This document shows, piece after piece, positions 13,707 to 19,767 of a stretch of DNA of 19,767 bases. Made by a program: the position numbers and the translations under genes. Numbering within the stretch: the first letter of the stretch is position 1; every line of letters starts with the position of its first letter. Source of the DNA: Bdellovibrionales bacterium. GTDB taxonomy: Bacteria; Bdellovibrionota; Bdellovibrionia; Bdellovibrionales; UBA840. Where the stretch lies: positions 1 to 19,767 of the forward strand of contig JBBKWS010000204.1 in the NCBI GenBank assembly GCA_037969075.1. Reading direction: 5' to 3'. Below the pieces are notes generated by a model. It ran no database searches, was not told the origin of the DNA, and saw only the letters and a list, made by a program, of their open reading frames with translations.

Positions 13707-15914
13707 ATGAGTTCATCTAATTCGGGCATTAGTCCCCGTCAACAAGCCCTTACATCTTCACTTAAACGAGAAAAAATTATTGTCGAGAAACCTGGTCCGA
13801 TTTCTCAATACTTTGGGTCACTCACTTTTGATTTAGCAAAAATGCGTGAAAAATTGCCAAAAGAAAGTTACCAAAATTTAATTAAAACTTTAGAGCAGGG
13901 TAAAAAATTAAACCGCGACTCTGCAGATGCGATTGCCACCAGTATAAAAGAGTGGGCAGTAACACAGGGAGCAACTCACTTTTGTCACTGGTTTCAACCA
14001 ATGACTGGATTGACGGCAGAAAAACATGATTCATTTATAACTATACAATATAGCAATCACTCTGAATTAAAGGTAATTGAGCATTTCAGTGGTTCGCAAT
14101 TGATTCAAGGTGAGCCTGATGCTTCTAGCTTTCCATCTGGCGGCATGAGATCTACATTTGAAGCCAGAGGTTATACGGCATGGGATCCTTCTTCTCCAAT
14201 TTTTATTATAGAAGAAGAAAATACTAGGACCTTATGTATACCATCGGTATTTTTTGGGTATCACGGCCAAGCTCTTGATAACAAGACGCCACTTCTTAGA
14301 TCAGTAGAGTCGTTATCCACGCAGGCCTGCGAATTTTTAAAATTAATTGGCGATGTGGATGTAAAAAAAATCTCTGCTACTCTTGGGTGTGAGCAAGAAT
14401 ATTTTTTGATTGATAAAAACTTTGTGGCTTTACGACCAGATATTATCATGAGCGGTAGGTCCTTATTAGGAGCAGCATCAACAAGAGGACAGCAGCTAGA
14501 GGATCATTACTTTGGATCTATCCCAGGACGTGTAAAAGCTTACATGCAAGATGTTGAAACAGAACTATACAAATTAGGAATTCCGGTTAAGACCAGACAC
14601 AATGAGGTTGCGCCAAGTCAGTTCGAATTAGCTCCAATTTTTGAAGATGCTAATATTGCATCCGACCACAATACTATATCAATGGAAGTACTAAAACGTG
14701 TGGCCTTAAAACATGGCCTAGTTTGCCTCTTACATGAGAAGCCATTTGCTGGCATCAATGGAAGTGGTAAGCATAACAACTGGAGTATGTCTAACGACAA
14801 AGGGGAAAACCTCTTAGAGCCAGGCACGACACCGCACCAAAACATTAGATTTTTAATGGTATTATCAGTTATTTTAAAAGCGGTACACAAGCATGCAGCA
14901 GCTCTTCGAGCTAGTATTGCCACTCCTGGTAATGATCATCGCTTGGGTGCGAATGAGGCTCCACCGGCTATTATCTCTGTCTTCTTAGGGCAAACTCTTA
15001 GTAAAATCTTAAATGATATTGAAGCTGGAAAAGTAGAAGAGGCAACTCCTGCGGCAATCATCGATTTAGGAGTTGCAAGACTTCCTGAGGTAGCAAGAGA
15101 CAATACTGATCGCAATAGAACATCTCCATTTGCTTTTACTGGAAATAAGTTTGAGTTCAGAGCTGTGGGTTCTTCCGCTAACGTATCTGTGCCAGCTTCG
15201 TTTTTAAATGCGGCTGTCGCTCAAGAATTTAAAGACGCAGCTGATCGTCTGAAGGTTTTGTTAAAACAAAAAGATAGCAGGGATGAGGCGGTAATGGAAC
15301 TTGTTCGTCAGCTAGTAGTTGAATCTAAAGACGTTAGATTTGATGGTAATGGTTATTCTGATGAGTGGAAGGTTGAGGCTAAAAAACGTGGTCTTCCTAT
15401 TTTAAGTAATACAGCTGAGGCTCTTCCCGTTTTAAAAGATGATTCAGTTACTTCATTTTTGGTAGAGCAAAAAGTCTTAAGTAAAGAAGAGATAGAAAGT
15501 CGTTTCCATATCATGGTGGAGCGTTACAATAAAACTCTTGAAATTGAAGCTTATAGCTTATTTGAGATGGTAACTAATCAAATTATACCAGTGGTAGAGA
15601 AACAACTGTCTGCATTGTATGAGATGCAGGTTGGTATCCAGTCGAAGGGACTTAAAACACAATATAGCTCTCGTGTTACTACACTTGAGAATACTTTTGA
15701 GGCCCTATTAGAGAGTACTAAGACTCTAGAGTTCAAGATCGAAAAAATTGCAGGTTTAGGCGAAGAAGATAAGATGAAATATATTTCTTCAGAAATTATA
15801 CCAGCAATGGAAGCTGTTAGGGCCGCTAGTGATAAATCAGAGTTGCTAGTAGCTGATGAATTATGGCCGCTACCTAAATATCGCGAGATGCTGTTCTCTA
15901 TTGGTTTATCTTAA
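13707..15914 (+). CDS. glnA: Glutamine synthetase type III
   Basis: 735 aa. Motifs GATHFCHWFQPMTGLTAEKHD, GEPDASSFPSGG, HNEVAPSQFE, HEKPFAGINGSGKHNNWS and DRNRTSPFAFTGNKFEFR. SD AAGGAG. Confidence 0.96.
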   Translation: MSSSNSGISPRQQALTSSLKREKIIVEKPGPISQYFGSLTFDLAKMREKLPKESYQNLIKTLEQGKKLNRDSADAIATSIKEWAVTQGATHFCHWFQPMTGLTAEKHDSFITIQYSNHSELKVIEHFSGSQLIQGEPDASSFPSGGMRSTFEARGYTAWDPSSPIFIIEEENTRTLCIPSVFFGYHGQALDNKTPLLRSVESLSTQACEFLKLIGDVDVKKISATLGCEQEYFLIDKNFVALRPDIIMSGRSLLGAASTRGQQLEDHYFGSIPGRVKAYMQDVETELYKLGIPVKTRHNEVAPSQFELAPIFEDANIASDHNTISMEVLKRVALKHGLVCLLHEKPFAGINGSGKHNNWSMSNDKGENLLEPGTTPHQNIRFLMVLSVILKAVHKHAAALRASIATPGNDHRLGANEAPPAIISVFLGQTLSKILNDIEAGKVEEATPAAIIDLGVARLPEVARDNTDRNRTSPFAFTGNKFEFRAVGSSANVSVPASFLNAAVAQEFKDAADRLKVLLKQKDSRDEAVMELVRQLVVESKDVRFDGNGYSDEWKVEAKKRGLPILSNTAEALPVLKDDSVTSFLVEQKVLSKEEIESRFHIMVERYNKTLEIEAYSLFEMVTNQIIPVVEKQLSALYEMQVGIQSKGLKTQYSSRVTTLENTFEALLESTKTLEFKIEKIAGLGEEDKMKYISSEIIPAMEAVRAASDKSELLVADELWPLPKYREMLFSIGLS

Positions 15915-15969
15915 AGGTACCCGGTTCCTTTTTCGGGTCACACCGTGTTATTTAATTGAAAATTGCATT

Positions 15970-15999
15970 AAAGTCCGAGTAATCAACTCGGGCTTTTTT
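15970..15999 (+). terminator. Intrinsic terminator after glnA
   Basis: AAAGTCCGAGT-AATCA-ACTCGGGCTTTTTT. Confidence 0.88.
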
Positions 16000-16073
16000 G
16001 TTTAGTGAAAAAATCACAGGTAATACTTCTTAGGCTTTGACTGTTAGCTAGCTCACATGACAAGTATATCTCT

Positions 16074-17321
16074 ATGAAACTTAGGTTTGAGCCGGCTTCT
16101 ATTCATTCTTCATTTAGTGATACTGGTGTCACAGACTGGAAGTCATGGACCTGGCAGGTTAGAAACTCTTTAAAAACAAAAGAGCAGTTTCAAAAGGTCT
16201 ATTCTTTACAAAAGGGGGAGGCAGAAGCATTTGAAAATAAAAACTTTCAAATCCAAGTAACCCCTTATTATGCATCATTATGTACAAATAATTCTAACGA
16301 TCCTATTCGTAAGATTTTAATGCCACAAAATAAAGAGTTACAAGTTACGTATCAGCAGATGCTGGATCCGTTAGGAGAAAGAAATAATAACCCTAGCCCA
16401 CGAATCATCCATAGATATCCTGATCGACTTTTGTTTTTGGTAACAGATTATTGTTCAGTGTATTGCCGTTATTGCACAAGAAAACACTTTACAGGTAAAG
16501 AACAGGTTTTTCCAAGAGCTGATGAGTATCAATCTGGTTTAGACTACATAAAAAATCACACTGGGGTCCGTGAAGTGATTTTATCTGGTGGTGATCCATT
16601 AACATTGTCGGACCAGCGCTTACTTCAGGTGGTTAAAGATTTGCGAGCTATTGATCATGTTGAAATCATTCGTATCGGTACAAGGATGCCAGTAGTTTGT
16701 CCTATGCGAATTAGTGAAGAGTTGGTGGCAGAGTTAAAAAAACATGGCCCAATATATTTTATGCTACATTTCAATCATCCCAAAGAAATAACAAAAGAGG
16801 CGAGTGAAGCGATTGCGCTACTTGTTGATAATGGTATGCCATGTTTTAACCAGATGGTTCTATTAAATGGAGTCAATAATGATGCCTCTATCGTACAAGC
16901 TTTATCACGTAGGCTTTTGTATTTGCGAGTAAAACCATATTATATGTTTCAGTGTGATCCTTCAGAGGGTACGGACCATTTACGAACATCAGTAGAAGAC
17001 TCACTACAAATTCAAAAAGAACTTTGGGGTAATTTGTCAGGTCTTGCTATGCCTAATTTATCTTTAGATATACCTGGTGGTGGTGGCAAGACAACATATG
17101 TACCTAATTTTGAAGTTTATAAAGATAAGAACGTTAGATCCTTTGTTGGTTGGGATGGAGTCAGTGCAGATTACATCAGCCCATTAGCTCACGAAATCCT
17201 AAAACCCATCGATGCTACTGAATACAAAGCAGAGTGGGATGCACTTAAGGGGGCAAAGTTAAACCCTCTCGAGCCTAGCAAACTTAGCGATAAAAGTTTT
17301 CAAGAAGTTCCCAGTAAATAA
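16074..17321 (+). CDS. kamA: KamA-family radical SAM lysine 2,3-aminomutase
   Basis: Motifs HRYPDR, CSVYCRYCTR (CxxxCxxC), LSGGDPL, RIGTR, HFNHP, PYYMFQCD and DIPGGGGK (PLP Lys). 415 aa. Confidence 0.9.
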   Translation: MKLRFEPASIHSSFSDTGVTDWKSWTWQVRNSLKTKEQFQKVYSLQKGEAEAFENKNFQIQVTPYYASLCTNNSNDPIRKILMPQNKELQVTYQQMLDPLGERNNNPSPRIIHRYPDRLLFLVTDYCSVYCRYCTRKHFTGKEQVFPRADEYQSGLDYIKNHTGVREVILSGGDPLTLSDQRLLQVVKDLRAIDHVEIIRIGTRMPVVCPMRISEELVAELKKHGPIYFMLHFNHPKEITKEASEAIALLVDNGMPCFNQMVLLNGVNNDASIVQALSRRLLYLRVKPYYMFQCDPSEGTDHLRTSVEDSLQIQKELWGNLSGLAMPNLSLDIPGGGGKTTYVPNFEVYKDKNVRSFVGWDGVSADYISPLAHEILKPIDATEYKAEWDALKGAKLNPLEPSKLSDKSFQEVPSK

Positions 17322-19499
17322 TATCGAGACTCGGGCATCTTCCCCGTGGCCTTGTACTTCATTAACAGTGCCCACTCCAAATGAAGGGTGTCTGACCTTC
17401 ATACCCTTCGAAAACCCATTGTCAGTTTGATGACTAATTTCATCATAATACGTAGTGGTTTGATCGAACTCATCGTAATCATTACGCTGGTATGGTTTTT
17501 GGTACTGCGTTTGAAACTGTGATGTCGGTTGTTTAATGGCAGTGCTATGTAATTTAAATTCATCTGGTATTTCTTCAATGAACCTAGAAGGGGAGTTGTA
17601 TTGCGTGTTTCCCCACACCGTTCGTTTTTTTGCGTATAGTAAGCAAAGCTGTTTTTCTGCTCTAGTCATTCCCACGTATGCTAATCTTCTTTCTTCTTCA
17701 AGATCAGTTTCGTCGTCACTTTCAATCTTTTGATGAGAAGGAAACACACCCTCTTCTAGCCCCACAATAAACACGTAGGGAAACTCTAATCCCTTTGATA
17801 TATGCAGAGTCATTAGATGGACACAGTCTTCATCACCCTTGATCTGATCTTGGTCTGACACTAGTGCCATTTCTTCTAAAAAGTTTTCTAGTATTGCTTC
17901 TTGCCCGCGTTCTTTTTCAAATTGCTTGATGGCGTTCAAAAGTTCTTCTAAGTTTTCAAGACGCGCTTTAGCCTCTAAGCTGTCATCTTGCTTTAATTTT
18001 AATTCATAGCCGGATTTATCTAGAACCTCTAAATAAAATTCAGAGATACTTAGTTTGTTCTTTTTGCGAGCAAGCTCTTCTACCAATCGTAAAAAATTTA
18101 GTATTTTAGCACTGGTGGATTTATTTAAAACTCCAGTGGTACAAGCAATTTTAGCGGCATCAAACATCGAAAGCTTATTTTCGTTCGAGATCACCATGAC
18201 TTTGTCCATGGTAGTCTTTCCAATACCACGTCCTGGGACATTAATTATTCTTCTAAAAGCTGCATCGTCATTTAAGTTGGTGCTTAAGCGCAGGTACGAT
18301 ATGGCATCTTTAATTTCCATTCTTTCATAAAAGCGTAAGCCGCCAACAATTTTGTAAGGCATGGCTTTTGCGCGCAATTGATCTTCTAAAACCCGAGATT
18401 GCGCATTGGTTCTATAAAAGATAGCAATGTCTTTAGGTTTTGATTTGTTTTCTCGTAATATTGTATCGATAGAGTTTACTACAAACTTTGCTTCAGCGTA
18501 TTCATCCAGCTCTTCGCGAACTACAATGGGATCACCAGCAGCATTACTGGTAAATAAAACCTTATCTTTTCTTTGCGTATTATTTTGAATTAAATGGCTG
18601 GCTGCCGTTACTATATTTTTTGTAGAGCGGTAGTTTTCTTCGAGCTTTACTGTTTTTGCGCCTTTAAAATCTTTTTCAAAGCTAAGGATGTTTTGAATAT
18701 CAGCTCCGCGCCAACTGTAAATTGACTGATCTTCATCGCCAACCACACACAGGTTATTATGCCCTTGCCCTAACATCTTAATAATATTGTATTGTACATT
18801 ATTTGTGTCTTGATACTCATCTACCATGATGTACTGAAATTTTTGTTGGTACCGCTGTAGTACTTCAGGATTGGATGTAAATACTTCTTTTGTTTTTAAA
18901 AGTAAATCATCAAAATCTAGAGCATTTGCACGCTTCATATCTTCTTCATAGGAGGCGTACACTGCTAAGGTGCGCTTGTCTAAAAACTGTGGGTGTTCAT
19001 TGGCAATAATCTCGGGTGTATAGCCATATGTTTTTGCCCAGGATATTTTTTTAGCAAAAATTTTAGCGGGATATATCTTTTCGTCTATTTTTAAGCCGTG
19101 TAGTGTTTTTTTTATCTGTGAAGTAACATCACTAGGGTCGTAGATGGTAAAAGATTTTGAATACCCAATCTGTTCGATCGTATCTCTTAAGATTCTTACG
19201 CAAATAGAGTGAAATGTACTGATCCATAATTGGGTGACTACTTTAACATCAAAACGGTTTAGTATTTTAAATACACGATCTTCCATTTCACGTGCCGCTT
19301 TATTTGTAAATGTAACAGCCAATATGTTTTCGGGTGCGGTTACGCCCTGTAAAACAAGATTAGCGAATCGATAGGTCAAAACTCGAGTTTTGCCTGAGCC
19401 TGCTCCAGCCAAAATGAGCAGAGGGCCTTCAAGTGTGTCGACAGCCTCAAACTGCTGAGGATTGAGCTCTGCCTTAAAATTTGATTGAGTGTCTACCAA
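17259..19499 (-). CDS. uvrD: ATP-dependent DNA helicase UvrD/PcrA
   Basis: Motifs AGAGSGKT, TFTNKAA, VDEYQDTN, VGDEDQSIYSWRGA, LEENYRS, KGLEF and EERRLAYVGMTRA, with a C-terminal Tudor-like domain (GMKVRHPSFGVG). TTG start after AAGGTG. Confidence 0.96.
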   Translation of the reverse strand: MVDTQSNFKAELNPQQFEAVDTLEGPLLILAGAGSGKTRVLTYRFANLVLQGVTAPENILAVTFTNKAAREMEDRVFKILNRFDVKVVTQLWISTFHSICVRILRDTIEQIGYSKSFTIYDPSDVTSQIKKTLHGLKIDEKIYPAKIFAKKISWAKTYGYTPEIIANEHPQFLDKRTLAVYASYEEDMKRANALDFDDLLLKTKEVFTSNPEVLQRYQQKFQYIMVDEYQDTNNVQYNIIKMLGQGHNNLCVVGDEDQSIYSWRGADIQNILSFEKDFKGAKTVKLEENYRSTKNIVTAASHLIQNNTQRKDKVLFTSNAAGDPIVVREELDEYAEAKFVVNSIDTILRENKSKPKDIAIFYRTNAQSRVLEDQLRAKAMPYKIVGGLRFYERMEIKDAISYLRLSTNLNDDAAFRRIINVPGRGIGKTTMDKVMVISNENKLSMFDAAKIACTTGVLNKSTSAKILNFLRLVEELARKKNKLSISEFYLEVLDKSGYELKLKQDDSLEAKARLENLEELLNAIKQFEKERGQEAILENFLEEMALVSDQDQIKGDEDCVHLMTLHISKGLEFPYVFIVGLEEGVFPSHQKIESDDETDLEEERRLAYVGMTRAEKQLCLLYAKKRTVWGNTQYNSPSRFIEEIPDEFKLHSTAIKQPTSQFQTQYQKPYQRNDYDEFDQTTTYYDEISHQTDNGFSKGMKVRHPSFGVGTVNEVQGHGEDARVSILFTGNFLKTFIAKFARLERV

Positions 19500-19538
19500 T
19501 TTGTGTCACCTTGCGTGTGGGGTTCTTAAGTGGCCTCG

Positions 19539-19551
19539 TAAGTACTTGATT
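19539..19551 (-). promoter_or_regulatory. IHF consensus binding site
   Basis: The minus strand reads AATCAAGTACTTA, an exact match to WATCAANNNNTTR, in the divergent intergenic region. Confidence 0.45.
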
Positions 19552-19642
19552 TTTCTTACAAAAAAAAAGTGATTTGGCAAGTAAAATGGTCTTTTGCTTG
19601 CAGTAGCTTTAATGATAATAGTAATAATAACGCCGGAAGACG

Positions 19643-19767
19643 ATGATGAAAATATACCTAATTTTAGTGCCTTTATTTTTAGTAGTTGCGTGCAGCAAAC
19701 GAGTTGAAGATGACAGCTTCAAGGTCCTTATACCGTGGCCGACCGAGTCTGGCGGACATAGTTTGCA
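19643..19767 (+). CDS. Putative lipoprotein, 3'-truncated by the window edge; absent from the ORF track
   Basis: MMKIYLILVPLFLVVAC-SKRVEDDSFKVLIPWPTESGGHSL is open to the window end. Signal peptide with lipobox VVAC. Confidence 0.75.
   Translation, partial: MMKIYLILVPLFLVVACSKRVEDDSFKVLIPWPTESGGHSL

Noticed and set aside
13707..17321. glnA(III) plus aminomutase as a beta-glutamate/beta-glutamine pathway
   Set aside because: Both lysine-specific Asp residues are retained, whereas glutamate 2,3-aminomutase replaces them. An intrinsic terminator also separates the genes.
620..18330. Antisense or nested ORFs in the track (620-988, 1899-2114, 4520-4756, 5720-5944, 9971-10195, 10337-10558, 11168-11416, 11804-12202, 13178-13387, 14261-14449, 14618-14923, 17536-17733, 18055-18330)
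   Set aside because: They lie opposite well-supported genes and show no motifs or convincing RBS. They are treated as shadow ORFs.
19574..19590. Sigma54 promoter TTGGCAAGTAAAATGGT near the IHF site
   Set aside because: The -12 position is GG instead of the required GC.

Overview
AT-rich bacterial chromosomal window, probably from a Bdellovibrionota-type organism (inference from the FQNC-type lipoprotein signal, a sigma28-like leaderless promoter and the gene set). Most genes are housekeeping: clpB 3' end, orphan PhnD-like binding protein, secreted 5'-nucleotidase with a CARDB-like tail, folD-gcvT-gcvH, tRNA-Leu(TAG), DUF455 ferritin-like protein, uppP, ArsC/YffB-like protein, secreted tyrosine-phosphatase-family protein, type III glutamine synthetase, KamA-family lysine 2,3-aminomutase and uvrD/pcrA. 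Two areas stand out. (1) A ~3.4 kb accessory islet after tRNA-Leu encodes only small secreted, membrane or basic orphan proteins. It includes a tandem duplication with a 138-nt conserved leader, a conserved N-domain and a divergent C-domain, plus an unlisted 35-aa Lys-rich peptide. (2) A stand-alone HPPD-C-terminal-like VOC metalloenzyme is translationally coupled to a CxxC ArsC-family protein. No CRISPR array, integrase, transposase or rRNA was seen. All alignments and counts were done by hand.
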